From an uncultured delta proteobacterium (GTDB taxonomy: Bacteria; Desulfobacterota; Desulfobacteria; Desulfobacterales; Desulfatirhabdiaceae): a stretch of DNA of 64,000 nt. The stretch is taken from NCBI GenBank assembly GCA_963789395.1, contig CAWBKP010000011.1, positions 224,001-288,000 of the forward strand, read 5' to 3'. Position 1 is the first letter of the stretch; each line of letters begins with the position of its first letter. Shown piece by piece: positions 18,538 to 30,053 of this stretch. Made by a program: the position numbers and the translations under genes. The notes beneath the pieces were generated by a model that did no database searches, had not been told where the DNA came from, and saw only the letters and a program-made list of their open reading frames with translations.

Positions 18538-21048
18538 CTAATCTTTGGCTTTGGCGATTGCTTCCGCTGCTTGCTGAAGGTGCGGGACATCCCCTTCGGC
18601 CATCTGCGCACGGGCCAAGATCGTAGGTCAGCTTGTTGATCTTGCCGGTGAACTTGAACGGGCAGTCGTAGTGATACTCGATGAGCGAAACCGGCGTGCC
18701 GGTATCCAGGCCGACGTCAAAGGTCTCGTCCCACTGGAAGATGAACGGCACGGTGTGCTCCATGGACTTTTTGTCCACTTCCTTGCCGTCCACGTACAGC
18801 ACGCCGGTGCCGCCTTTGCCGAAGCCGCCGCCGTCAAATTTGAAGTCAAATTTGATCGTGTGTTTGCCGGCCTTGAGTTCCGGGCCTTCCCAGGCAGTGC
18901 GCTTCAGATCGAGCAGGTTGTAGAGAAACACCGGCTTTCCCCGGCCGATTCCCATTTCGCCTTTGCTCAGGAACAAGTCCGTAGCCGGCGAACCGGCCGC
19001 CGTCGGTGACGATCATGCCCTCTGCGCCGCCTTCCGGAATTTCGACCTCGGCGGTAATGGTGTACGACCTTTCCAGGATATTCGGGGCGGAGCCTTGCGG
19101 GATGCCGCTGACCTCACCCGAGTACGTGAATGTGGTGCGCCCGGCCGCCGTGCTCGGACGCGGTGTGAGCAAGCGCGTGAGCGTCGAGTTGTCGAGCGGC
19201 AGCACATTGTATTTCTTTGCTTCAGCAAGGAAGATATCCTGCATCTCCTTGAGCTTGTCCGGCATCTTGGCCGCCAGATCGTTGTTTTCCGTGTAGTCGG
19301 ACTTAATGTCGTAAAGTTCCCAGCTTGTATCCGGTGATCACGTCGGGCACGGTCGGCGTCATGTGCCACGGAAAGGTCACGGGGGTGGTCGCGGCAATCC
19401 AGCCGTCGTGATAGATCGCGCGATTGCCCAGGATCTCGAAATACTGCGTGGTGCGCTGGGACGGCGCATGGCGTTGGCTTTGTCCCAGGTGTACACCATG
19501 CTCACGCCTTCGATGGGATGCTGCTTGATGCCATTGATCGTGTCGGGCGCGGGAATGCCGGCAGCCTCCAGGATCGTCGGCACGATATCGATCACGTGAT
19601 GGAATTGCGTGCGGATGCCGCCCACGTCCTTGATGTGGCCGGGCCAGGACATGCAGATGCCCTGACGCGTCCCGCCGAAATGCGATGCGACCTGCTTGGT
19701 CCACTTGAACGGCGTGTCAAACGCCCAGGCCCAGGCCACCGCCATGTGCGGATAGGTCTGGTCCGAACCCCAGAACTCGTACCAGAGGAACTGATCCTTG
19801 ACCGGCATGGTGACGCCATTGAACGGGGCCAATTCGTTGGGCGTGCCGTTGAGCGTGCCCTCGGCGCTGGCGCCGTTGTCGCCGCTGATGTAGATGATCA
19901 GCGTGTTGTCCAGCTTGCCCATGTCCTCGACCGCCTGAATCACCCGGCCGATCTCATGGTCGGTGTAGGCGAGATACGCCGCGATAGACATCCACCTGGC
20001 TTGGTGAAGAGTTTCTTCTCCTCCCAGCTCAGCGACTCCCACTCCGGCAGTTCCTTCGGCCACGGGGTCAGCTTCGCATCCTGCGGGAATGACGCCGAGC
20101 CTTTTCTGGTTGTCGAAGATCGTCTCGCGCAGTTTATTCCAGCCCGTTGTCGAACAGGTGCATATCGCTGATCTTCTTGATCCACTCCTTGGTCGGATGA
20201 TGCGGCGCATGCGTGCCGCCGGGCACGTAATAGACCAGGAACGGTTTTTCGGGCGCGATCTGCGTTGAGCTGCTTCATGTAGCTGGATGGCGTCATCGGC
20301 CATGGCCGTGGTCAGATTCCAGTCCGGATTGCCCGAAGTACGGATAGATGGCCGTGGTGTTGCGGAACAGGTTCGGCTGCCACTGGCTGGTGTCGCCGCC
20401 GACGAAGCCGTAGAAATACTCAAAGCCCATGCCGGTCGGCCATTGGTCGAACGGCCCGGCCTGACTCGCCGACAAACGCCGGCGTGTTGTGGTTCTTGCC
20501 GAACCACGAGGTGGCGTAGCCATTTCCCTTCAGGATTTCGCCGATCGTGCCGTGGCTCCTTCTTGATGATCGAGTCGTAGCCCGGAAACCCGTGGCAATC
20601 TCGGAGACGACGCCAAAGCCGGACGAGTGGTGGTTTCGTCCGGTGATCAGCGCCGCGCGCGTCGGCGAGCACAGCGCTGTGGAATGGAACTGGGTATAAC
20701 GCAGCCCGGTCTTCGCGATACGGTCCAGAGCCGGTGTCGGGATCACGCCGCCGAAAGTGCTCGGCGCGCTGAAGCCGACAGTCATCGGTCATGATGAGCA
20801 GCACGTTGGGCGCGCCCTTCGGCGGGACGAATCGTCGGCGGCCACCACGGTTTGGAATCCGTCGCCTTCTCCTTGATCACACCGCCGAAAGGCGGATCGG
20901 GCGGCGGGAGCTGTTTGCCGCTGATGGTGGTCGTAGCGCTGGGCGAACCCGGCACGCCGGTGACCTGCTGGGCCGTGACCGGCAGGCCCGCCAGAGCGAT
21001 AGCCAGAAAAACACCGATTGCAGCCTGAAAATGAAACCTTGTTTTCAT
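18538..21048 (-). CDS. Secreted Cys-type arylsulfatase 3 (many frameshifts; assembly errors or pseudogene)
   Basis: Fragments in all three frames give a signal peptide, [20 protein letters not shown] and the C-terminal domain; reconstructed end AIAKAKD stop. Confidence 0.85.
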
Positions 21049-21184
21049 GAGAGGTTCTCCTTAATCTGTAGAGAATTATGTTACCGCTAATGGCAACTCA
21101 GCGGCGGCGCACGAGCGTCGTCTCAAGTATCCTGCAATGGTTAACCGGACTGCAGTGTTTTTCTAAAGCCCCCCTGCGGGATCC

Positions 21185-21888
21185 TCAGGGCGTAGGCACC
21201 ACGACATAGTAGACGCCGTTGGCGCCGTAGGACGGCTTGAACCAGGTGTTGCCGCACAGATAATAGGTTGTGCCCTGGATGCTGGGCGCGGCGCAGCCTG
21301 CGGGCAGCGTGGCATAGATCGCGCCCATGGTATATACCCCGGCGCTGCCGGCGGCAACTCCGCGGAGTATGCGGCAGAGGTGTTGGCACTGCCGGCGGCA
21401 ACACCTGCGCTGTAGGCGCTGGATGTCGCCGCTGCGGTGTTTGACGAGGCAATGGCCGCGCCTGTGACCAGACCGACCGCGGCTCCTGCGGCTGCTGCCC
21501 CTGCGGTGGACCAGCCCCCGCAGTTATAGCACCCGGAACCATAGTAATTCACGGTGGCGGGCGGATGGTACGCAGGATACGCTCCGGGCGGATGGTAGTA
21601 CGCTCCCCCATAGTGGGCGTTGCCGTAAGCCGTTCCGCCATAGGCGCCGGTCTTTGACCAGCCGCCGCCATAGGCATGGGATGCGCTGCCGCCGTATACA
21701 TTGGTATGGGAAGTGCCTTCCCCATAGGTGTGAGACGTGCTGGTGCCCCACGCGCTGGTATGGCTTGTGGATCCATAGCTGTGCGACGTACTGCCGCCAT
21801 ATCTGTTGGCGTGCCCCCAGCCTGCCGCCGGTCCGCTCGGAACCGCTGCGAGTGCAAGCGCCACAAGGCAAATCAAGATCGTTTTCAT
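21185..21888 (-). CDS. Secreted Gly/Ser/Tyr/His-repeat protein with glycine zipper (frameshift near 21357)
   Basis: MKTILICLVALALAA; SHSYGSTSHTSAWGTSTSHTYG...; C-terminus LPAGC...TYYLCGNTWFKPSYGANGVYYVVVPTP. Confidence 0.75.
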
Positions 21889-21901
21889 GATGTGCTCCTC
21901 C

Positions 21902-22796
21902 TTACTTGGTTTTGCCCGTGGTTTTGGACGGTTTGCTCTTTGCAGGGGGGCTATCTGCCGGTCGTTTTGCATCCGGACGGGCAAAGGGCATGGGGTGTGC
22001 GCTGCCTGCACTTGCCGAAGCAAAGGCGTTCTCAGAGACAGCCGCATCGAGCTGCCAGTTGGACAGCTCCAGGTCATGGCGAAGATGCGCCAGGTCATTT
22101 CGGTATACCCCGCGTATTCTCCGGGGCAGTTTGTCCTCTGCGCCGATCCATATCTGTATGAACACGTCGTTGTTGGCAAAAGCCACCATGTCGGTGGTCG
22201 TGCCGCCGACGATCTGGGACTGGCCGATATAAAAGGCAAGGATCATCCCTTCGGACAGATCCTTGTAAGGGTCGGCCACTATCACGTCCGCGAACGGAAA
22301 ATAGATCGCCGCAGTGTCAAAGGCCGACCTTCAGCGCCGCATCGATCGTGGGCGGTGCTTCTGCAACGGCGACCAGGTTCTCGGCCGGGGCAAAGGCCGT
22401 CATGGTTTTGCCGTTATAGTAGAACTCCGAAGCCGGACCGTCTCCGGGGGTGATCACCCGCAGCTTGTCGGGCCGCTGCAGGGTGACTTCGGACTGCGTC
22501 GTGTAGACAAGGGGCGGGCCAAGAAGGCTCGGGCTCTCGTAGGAGACCACGGCCGTAAAGCCCATCGTGCGGGCGGCGGCAAGGCGGCTGCAGGAGGCCT
22601 TTAGAATGTCGATGGCCTTGGGTTCTATAACAAGCTGGACCTCGGGCGGCGCCTCAACCTTGCTTTGCGATTTGGCGGGCTTGGATGCCTTCGGTGCTTT
22701 TGGAGACTGCTGGGCATTTGCGTTGGCGGTCAGAAAAGCGACCAGCACGAGCGCGCCAAACAGCGCACGCCCGAGCGCCAGGATCCGATGCATCAC
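21902..22796 (-). CDS. DUF2092 family periplasmic protein (frameshift near 22320)
   Basis: Signal peptide; LQRPDKLRV, YYNGKT, APPTIDAAL, QIWIGAEDKLPR. Confidence 0.82.
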
Positions 22797-22841
22797 TGCC
22801 CCCGTGCAGGGGATGCAATTGGGTTCCTCCGCAGGGGCCGC

Positions 22842-23129
22842 TCATGGCAGCAACCCGCATTCAAACATTTTGTTTGCAATGGGGGCTGCGACTTTGTTGA
22901 TGAATGCCTGGCGCATCTGAGGGTCATTCTGCAGCATCTGAATGGCTCTCTGCTCCATTTCCGATTCAGGCTGGCCTTTCTTTTTCCACAGCTGCTCGCA
23001 GCTCGACTGCTGATACTTCTGGATGACTTTGTTGGCGATCATATCCATCAGGGGGTAATCCTGGGCACCTGCCACGCCTGCGCAAAACAACACCAATACC
23101 ACTGCAATCACATAAATATTTCTCTTCAT
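22842..23129 (-). CDS. Small secreted protein with a Cys pair
   Basis: AGGAG RBS; signal peptide; KYQQSSCEQL...IANKMFECGLLP. Confidence 0.75.
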   Translation of the reverse strand: MKRNIYVIAVVLVLFCAGVAGAQDYPLMDMIANKVIQKYQQSSCEQLWKKKGQPESEMEQRAIQMLQNDPQMRQAFINKVAAPIANKMFECGLLP

Positions 23130-23311
23130 GTCCGTCTCCTTTCTGAAACTGGCTATAAAATTGTAACCGTCTTCCGATTGCGTTCGATGCGGCGACCTGA
23201 TATGAAGAATTGCGAAATTCATACCAATACAACTATCCTGTTCGCTTAATCCTGTATGCCACTATAAATTAAGAAGATATCCGCCGAAAACGGGGCGGTC
23301 TATGCAACCTG

Positions 23312-23360
23312 TCAACGGCAATATTGCCGATATATCGGCAATATTGCCGTTGATTCGGCA
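23312..23360. promoter_or_regulatory. Perfect 42-bp palindrome; tandem TGCCG-N6-CGGCA sites
   Basis: TCAACGGCAATATTGCCGATA|TATCGGCAATATTGCCGTTGA (23312-23353), plus TGCCGTTGATTCGGCA (23345-23360). Confidence 0.65.
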
Positions 23361-25481
23361 TCAGGGGGCTGATCGCCTGATGCCGAGCTTCTTGATCCGT
23401 GATTGCAGGGTGGTGCGTTTGAGTCCAAGGAGTTCGGCGGCGCCGGCGCTTCCCGAGATACGCCAGCCGGTTTTCTCCAGAACATTCAGGATATGCCGCC
23501 GTTCCATATCCTGAAGTCCGCTGTCATCAGGTTTAACGGAAGCAGCGACTCGACGATCCGTCAGATTAACGACCAATTTGCCGCCTCTGCTCACGATCAT
23601 GGCATGCTCGATGACATTCCGGAGTTCCCTCACGTTGCCGGGCCATGAATAGCGCTTCAGGACGTCCATGGATTTTCGCGAAACGCTGTCGATCCGCTTT
23701 CCGATCTTCTTTTCCAGTTGCCCCACTAGTGCCCAGACCAGCAGGGGAATATCTTCAGACCGTTCCCGGAGAGGCGGGATGCTGATCGGAAAAACTTGCA
23801 GCCGGTAGTAGAGATCTTTTCTGAAACGGCCTTCTTTTACCTCTAAATCGAGGTCCCGGTTGGTGGCCGCGATGATACGAACATCGACCTTCAGAGTCTT
23901 TGTGGATCCCAGCCGTTCGAAGCAGCCTTCTTCCAGAACCCGGAGGAGTTTGGACTGCGTATCGAGAGGAAGTTCACCGATTTCGTCCAGAAAAATGGTG
24001 GAACCGTCGGCCACTTCAAATCGGCCGGCCATTCGGGTCAGCGCACCGGTATACGCCCCTTTTTCACGCCCGAATATTTCACTCTCCATCAGTGAAGGCG
24101 ACAGACTGGCGCAGCTCACCGTCATCAGGGGCCGGTCTTTGCGCCTGCTCAGATGGTGAATGGCCTTGGCGAGAAGCTCTTTTCCGGTACCCGTCTCTCC
24201 CAGAACAAGTACGGTTGCGTCCGTCATCGCCACCTGTTCTGCCTGGGAGAGGATGCGCTTCATCGCCTCGCTTCGGCCCACGATCTCTTCGTGCACGTGC
24301 CGAAGCTTGATCTCCCGCCGGAGAGTGATGTTCTCCTTTTCAAATTGCCGCTTCAGCGTCTCGATCTCGTCAAAGCGTTCCTGAAGCTGCGCATCCTTAT
24401 TTTTTCGGGAAATGGCGTTAGCAAAAACATCGGCAATAAGCTGCAGCCCTTGAATCACTTCCTTTTCCCAGATCCTTTCGGTGCGAAGGACCGAGCACCC
24501 CATAAATCCCAGAACATTCCCGCTGACCGTAAGGGGAAGCATCACACACGATTTGATGCCGATGCGAACGAATAATTCCCGGTCACTTACCGCTTCCACA
24601 GGCAAATCCTCAAGGCAGGAAAGCTCGACAGTCTTACCGCGCATCAGGTTTCCGACGGCCCAGGGGAACAAGTCGTTATCCAATTCCTTCCATTCCATCC
24701 AGACTCCGGGCGCGGTGATGGAATGGGTGGCGATCGTTCGGGAAGTCTCATGCGAAAATTGCGTGATGACGATGCGGTCAAAATCGAGAAGCTGAACGAT
24801 TTGATGCAGTGCGTTCTCGATCTGCACATCCACCTGCCGGGCCGACAGGTTTACGAATTTGGCGGAGATGACAGAAAGCAGCGCTTCAAACTTCAGCCGA
24901 TCCTCCAGTTGCAGCCGTGTCCGTTTTAGTTCCAGAACGTTTACAAATATTTCTCCCAGCAGTTGAAGTCGGGGAATATAGGCCTTCGGCCATTCGCATT
25001 CCCGGAGAACCGAATTAATTACGATCAGATATTCGATGGGCTTTCCAACGCTGACCGGAACGATGAGAAAAGACTTGACTCCCCAATTCTCATAGTTCTG
25101 CTTGTCGACAGCCGCCTCATCCGGCAGCGCTTCAAGTGTGGAAAACGATGCGACGGCGCCTTCCCGGATAACCTTTTTATACGTATAGGGGAACAGCGAC
25201 GTGGGCAGATCAACCGCCACCGGAACCGGCGATATATGGCGCGAATAGGCGGCAAGAATATGCTGATAATAGTCGCTGTTGATATCATGCCGAACCAGAC
25301 CGATACGATCCACTTGGAAAAATTCGAGAATTTCCAAGAGCGCAGCCTCTATGGCCTGATCAACCTGCTCCGGTCGTATCGTGATAAACCGGGCTGAGAG
25401 ATTCGAAATCAGGTGTTCAAACCGAATCCTCTCCGCGAGGTTTTGTTTCAGGTCGTCACCTTGAAGGTTACTTTTTACCAT
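23361..25481 (-). CDS. Sigma54-dependent activator: two GAF domains, AAA+ and Fis HTH (FhlA-like)
   Basis: GETGTGKE, GAYTGA, FLDEIGE, RIIAATNR, WPGNVREL, GAAELLGL. Confidence 0.93.
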   Translation of the reverse strand: MVKSNLQGDDLKQNLAERIRFEHLISNLSARFITIRPEQVDQAIEAALLEILEFFQVDRIGLVRHDINSDYYQHILAAYSRHISPVPVAVDLPTSLFPYTYKKVIREGAVASFSTLEALPDEAAVDKQNYENWGVKSFLIVPVSVGKPIEYLIVINSVLRECEWPKAYIPRLQLLGEIFVNVLELKRTRLQLEDRLKFEALLSVISAKFVNLSARQVDVQIENALHQIVQLLDFDRIVITQFSHETSRTIATHSITAPGVWMEWKELDNDLFPWAVGNLMRGKTVELSCLEDLPVEAVSDRELFVRIGIKSCVMLPLTVSGNVLGFMGCSVLRTERIWEKEVIQGLQLIADVFANAISRKNKDAQLQERFDEIETLKRQFEKENITLRREIKLRHVHEEIVGRSEAMKRILSQAEQVAMTDATVLVLGETGTGKELLAKAIHHLSRRKDRPLMTVSCASLSPSLMESEIFGREKGAYTGALTRMAGRFEVADGSTIFLDEIGELPLDTQSKLLRVLEEGCFERLGSTKTLKVDVRIIAATNRDLDLEVKEGRFRKDLYYRLQVFPISIPPLRERSEDIPLLVWALVGQLEKKIGKRIDSVSRKSMDVLKRYSWPGNVRELRNVIEHAMIVSRGGKLVVNLTDRRVAASVKPDDSGLQDMERRHILNVLEKTGWRISGSAGAAELLGLKRTTLQSRIKKLGIRRSAP

Positions 25482-25546
25482 GGTTTGGGTTTAACCCCTT
25501 ACTATCGGGCAGTTTTGTTAAATCAGTCAACCGGCAGGACCACGGG

Positions 25547-25581
25547 TGCCGAATAAAAGGCATTCTGACGATATATCGGCA
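25547..25581. promoter_or_regulatory. Two degenerate TGCCG-N6-CGGCA sites upstream of the activator gene
   Basis: TGCCGAATAAAAGGCA and TGACGATATATCGGCA. Confidence 0.55.
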
Positions 25582-25815
25582 GAATATCATATAAAAGATG
25601 TTGCCCACACTCCGTTAGTTGATTCATATCTATCCAATTATCATAGCAAAATTGATAAAGCGAACGGATTCTTTGATCTGGTATGAATTTCGCAGCTCAT
25701 AAATCGAATTGCGAGACTGCATGGGTATCAAAAGCATACTCACGCATTCATTTTTTGGAATTTTATGCAAATTATTCGGTATACCTCTGATGGCGAGTAA
25801 GAAGGAGGAATCCAA

Positions 25816-26163
25816 GTGGTTCGTGCGAGCATACGGATGACGATACCTTCCGACAAACGGATTGAAGCCCGGAAAATTCTGATATCCGTGGCGGAAAGAA
25901 CGAGAATCGAGCCGGGATGTATCTCTTGTGAGGTTTATCAGGGAGTCGAGAATAAGCATGTTATCCTGATTGACGAATTGTGGTGGAGTCGTGCGGATCT
26001 GGAATGCCACCTTCGCTCCGAGGATTACCTCAGGGTTCTTCTGGTAGTCGAAATGGCAGCTGAAAAGCCGGAGATCCGGTTCGACACGATCACCGGCTCT
26101 ACCGGAGTCGATATGATTGAAAAAGCCAGAAAAACGCCCCCGTGCATTTCAAATCACCCGTAA
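25816..26163 (+). CDS. Antibiotic-biosynthesis-monooxygenase (ABM) domain protein
   Basis: TRIEPGCISCEVYQ...ELW....DLECHLRSE; GGAGG RBS. Confidence 0.8.
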   Translation: MVRASIRMTIPSDKRIEARKILISVAERTRIEPGCISCEVYQGVENKHVILIDELWWSRADLECHLRSEDYLRVLLVVEMAAEKPEIRFDTITGSTGVDMIEKARKTPPCISNHP

Positions 26164-26168
26164 CGAGG

Positions 26169-28696
26169 TCAGGTCCGTTGCTCCGGCAGGCCGGCATCGT
26201 CATCTTCCTGTTCGCCGGCATCGTTTTTTTCCTGTAAGACGACATCCGCGACTTCCTGTTTAACGGCATCGACATCTTTCTGATATCGCACACTGACATC
26301 CCGCTGCGGGAATGGGATTTCAATCCCGGCTTCACGAAACCTCCGGAGAATGTCCCGGGAAATCTCACTCTGCACATGACGGGTTTGATTGACATCGTCA
26401 ATCCAGACCCGAAGCTCCACATTCAGACTGGAGTCTCCAAATTCCATGAACAGGGGAACCGGCTTGGGATTTTTCAACACGCGCGGGTTTGACAGGGCGG
26501 CGGCTGTCAGCGTATCGAACACCAGATCCATATCGCTTCCGTAGCCGACTCCCACGGAAATTTTGAGCCTGGCAACCGTTCCGGAATGGGTCCAGTTGGT
26601 CACTTTTTCGGAAATAAGCTGGGAATTGGGGATAATGAGCTGTGCCTTATCCAGGGTTTCAACTACCGTTGAGCGCAGTCCGATCTTTTTAACGATGCCG
26701 ACCTGGGCGCCCGCATCGATTCTGTCTCCCACCCGGATCGGCCTTTCAAACAGGAGGATCAATCCGCTGATGAAATTGTTGACGATATCCTGCATGCCGA
26801 AACCGACACCGACGCCCAATGCGCCGCCCAAGACCGCAAAGCTTTTCAAATCGATCCCCACCACGCCCATGCTGATCAGTACAGCGACAAATATCATAAA
26901 ATAATTCAAAAGCTTGGTTATGGATTGACCGGTTCCTCTATCCACCTGCATGTGGGGAAAAACCTCCGAATCCAAAATTCCGCGGAGGAACCAGGAAGTA
27001 AAACTGGCCACATAAAGCACCCCTACTGACAGCAGAACCAGCAGCGGGGTTATGGTCAGGTTGCCGATAGTCACCTGCGACTGAAACACGGCTTGAAACG
27101 CCAGGCCTGGTGAACTGTACAGTCCTAGAATCGGCAGCAAGGAAAAGAATGCCAGGCCCCAGAGGGCCATTTTTCCGATGGATTCAAGCTTTGCGGCAAG
27201 TTCTTTGCCGTAACGACTGATGAAACGCCATATTGGCAATCAGTGAGTGCTCCAGCAGCAGCATGCTCGTACTGTTGATTTGCAGAAAAAGATGTAAGGA
27301 AATGATGAGGAAAACGATTTTGATTGACGTAAACAGGACGTTTTCAAAGAGGTTGACAAAACCGGCTATCTGCGAAGCCGTTGCCATGGCCATGACAAAT
27401 GTGCTGACCCGCATAAATCCGAGAAAAAACCCCCTTCTCGGCAGTACTCTCCTGCGCAGTTGTCTTTCCCATATCAAGAAGAGAACTGTTCCTGCCAGGG
27501 TCGTACACGCCCAGTATATCCGGAAAAGGGGATTGGGCAGGGGGACCATTTTCAATAGCCCGGGGACGGTCACAAGCGCGGCCATAAAACATAAGACAGA
27601 CCACCTGATGCGGAATATTCAGCGACCCGGATACCAGGATAGATGATGAAAACGCCACTAAAGTCCATGAAAGATCACGGGCCAGACCGGTAGGCTGATT
27701 AATAAAAATAATCGGCAATGTTTCCGCCAGGAATATCCCGAGCGCCAAGGGATGATTCAATAAATACAGCCGGTCCTGTCGCACCTTTGACATGCCTCTC
27801 AAGGATGTCGCCAGAAAATACACGAGGACGACCATGAAGATCCTGACGAGTATAAGCCATAAGGACCTGCTGTCAAACACATCATCAAAATTACCGAAAT
27901 TGTTCCAGATAGATCTCCAGAAAAACGAATCGAACAGGGAATAGAAAGCCGGGCTGAAGAAGGATTTTTCAGTTTTTTTGAATATATTACTGCGTTGATT
28001 GGAAAAAGCGGTTGAAACAATCTGGCTGAGCCTGATATTTTCATCCAGCAGCTTGGAAGCCCTATCCTGCATAGCAAGAATATCGGTGATCGCACCTGTC
28101 AGATCTTCCAGCGCCTTCTCGATGGTCTCATGAGCGTCACCGAATGCCTCCATCAGCGTTTTGTTGGAATCCGCACCCAGAAAAACGCTCCAGTTCCGCC
28201 AGAATGTCTTCTGTTTTTCCCATTCACTGCGATTTGATTCCAGATTGGCAAGTCCGGAAGAAATGTCGGCCACAAGGTCTTTGTAATCTTTTATTCTGCT
28301 TCTGAAGCACAACATTGGCGTCAACAATCTGAGAGGTATCCCAGTTTAAGGACTGGAAATGACTATGATCAGATTCCGGATTTTTTGCTGGCGAGAGTCG
28401 ATTTCGTCAATATCATTTTTCCGGCCCAATATTTTCAAGCTGTCGAAGATGATTTTTCGCGTGTCTTCCGATTTCAGCATCAACTCCGAAGCCCTGGGAT
28501 TGACTTCAGACAGATTCGGAAAAGCCGGAGATTTCGCTTTGAGGAGGAACCTTTTGCGTATCGGCGCCTGCCGAACTGGTCACGGCACTCGATCTTGGAA
28601 TCCGGATTCAGCAAAGAGGCTACAGGGTGAAGCAGCAATCGATACATCCGGCAAGGTCAGCAGGAGCAGCAGCAGTAATTGTAGAAGCCGTCTCAA
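26169..28696 (-). CDS. Large MscS/MscK-like mechanosensitive channel (several frameshifts; start approximate)
   Basis: GALGVGVGFGMQDIVNNFISGLILLFERPIRVGD, IIPNS, GIEIPFPQRD; upstream coiled-coil and TM fragments. Confidence 0.85.
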
Positions 28697-28714
28697 GGAA
28701 TCACCTGTTAGATA

Positions 28715-28780
28715 AAATTCGAATATCGAATATCGAAATCCGAAACAAATTCAAAATTCTAATTTCAAAATGATCGAACA
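28715..28780. repeat. Family A left arm
   Basis: AAATTCGAATATCGAATATCGAAATCCGAAACAAATTCAAAATT. Confidence 0.75.
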
Positions 28781-28845
28781 GCCATGAGCGGTGCGGACAC
28801 AACATGGGGGAAGGTATCAATACATCAAACTTCGAGACATGATTT

Positions 28846-29910
28846 TCATGGCGCCGGATGACCGGGCGCTTCCTCCGTCCACGCCTCCAGCAGCTTGTGG
28901 GCCACGGCGAGCACCACCGGCCCGACGAAAAGGCCGATGAGGCCAAAGGCGATCAAGCCCCCGACCACTCCGGTAAAAATGAGCAGGAGCGGCAGGTCCG
29001 CGCCTTTTTTGATAAGTATCGGCCGCAGGAAATTGTCCATGGTTCCCACGACGAGCGTGCAAACCAGCAGAAACATCCCCTTTCCCGAATCGCCGCTCCA
29101 GAAAAGCCAGAGCGTGGCCAGCCCGAGTACCGGCAGGACCCCGATCTGGGCAATGGCGCACATGAACATCACAGCAGTTAAGATCCCGGCATACGGCACG
29201 CCGGCGATAAGAAGACCCAGGCCGCCCAATACCGACTGGGCAAACGCCGTTACGACGATCCCCAGTGCAACCCCGCGAACAGCCTGGCCGGCGAGACGGA
29301 CCGCATTTTCACCGCGGGGTCCTGCCAGGCGGCGCCCGAAACGCAGGACGCGATCTGCCGCTTCTTCACCGTTGCCGTACATGATCGCAGCAAGAATGGC
29401 CGTAAGCAGAAACTCAACAAGCAGCCTCCCGAAACTGCCGGCCTGGGCGACAAACCACTTGATCGTAACGCCGGCATAGGGGCCGACCTTGGCGGCAATC
29501 CCCTCGATTCCCACTGCAGCTACCTTCTCCCAAACCGCCACCGCGTTCCCGCCAATGAACGGCAGATTGCCCACCCACTCCGGCGGAGAGGGTACCTTGA
29601 AGCCGGCAAGTAATTTTGCCCATCCGGCGATTTGATCGGCGCTGGAAATGATCGTTCCGACAGCAAATGAGAGCGGCACAACCAGAACACACAGGAGAAC
29701 GACCGTCATCACCGCAACCGCCAGCGGGCGTTTGTGCCACAGCCGCTTCTGAACCGCGATCATCAGGGGCCAGGTTGCAATTACGATGGTCGCCGCCCAG
29801 ACGGTGGCCCCCAGGAATGGTCGAAGGATCCAGAACGATGATCCGATGAGAACCACGATAAAAATCACGCCCAGCAGGTTTCGGGTCAGATCACATTGGG
29901 TTTCAGCCAT
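28846..29910 (-). CDS. ydiK: AI-2E family transporter YdiK
   Basis: WILRPFL, WPLM, GQAVRGVALGIVVTA, DNFLRPILIKKGADLP, GLIGLFVGPVVLAV. Confidence 0.9.
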   Translation of the reverse strand: MAETQCDLTRNLLGVIFIVVLIGSSFWILRPFLGATVWAATIVIATWPLMIAVQKRLWHKRPLAVAVMTVVLLCVLVVPLSFAVGTIISSADQIAGWAKLLAGFKVPSPPEWVGNLPFIGGNAVAVWEKVAAVGIEGIAAKVGPYAGVTIKWFVAQAGSFGRLLVEFLLTAILAAIMYGNGEEAADRVLRFGRRLAGPRGENAVRLAGQAVRGVALGIVVTAFAQSVLGGLGLLIAGVPYAGILTAVMFMCAIAQIGVLPVLGLATLWLFWSGDSGKGMFLLVCTLVVGTMDNFLRPILIKKGADLPLLLIFTGVVGGLIAFGLIGLFVGPVVLAVAHKLLEAWTEEAPGHPAP

Positions 29911-29992
29911 ACACCATTCCTTCTCAGAGTGAAATCTTCACAAACGGTTATGGATTTGAAAGTATGCCGCTCTTTATATGATAACAAACAAT

Positions 29993-30026
29993 TTTTCGTC
30001 ATTCCGGACTTGATCCGGAATCCAGG
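29993..30026. repeat. Family B REP-like palindrome (single)
   Basis: CGTCATTCCGGACTTGATCCGGAATCCAG. Confidence 0.7.
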
Positions 30027-30053
30027 GACAATAACCCAAATGCTTCCCTCCGA

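Noticed and set aside
23225..23300. Sigma54 -24/-12 promoter (TGGCATACAGGATT on the minus strand)
   Set aside because: The GG is not followed by GC at the required 10-nt spacing; similar near-matches at ~1830 and ~18250 also fail
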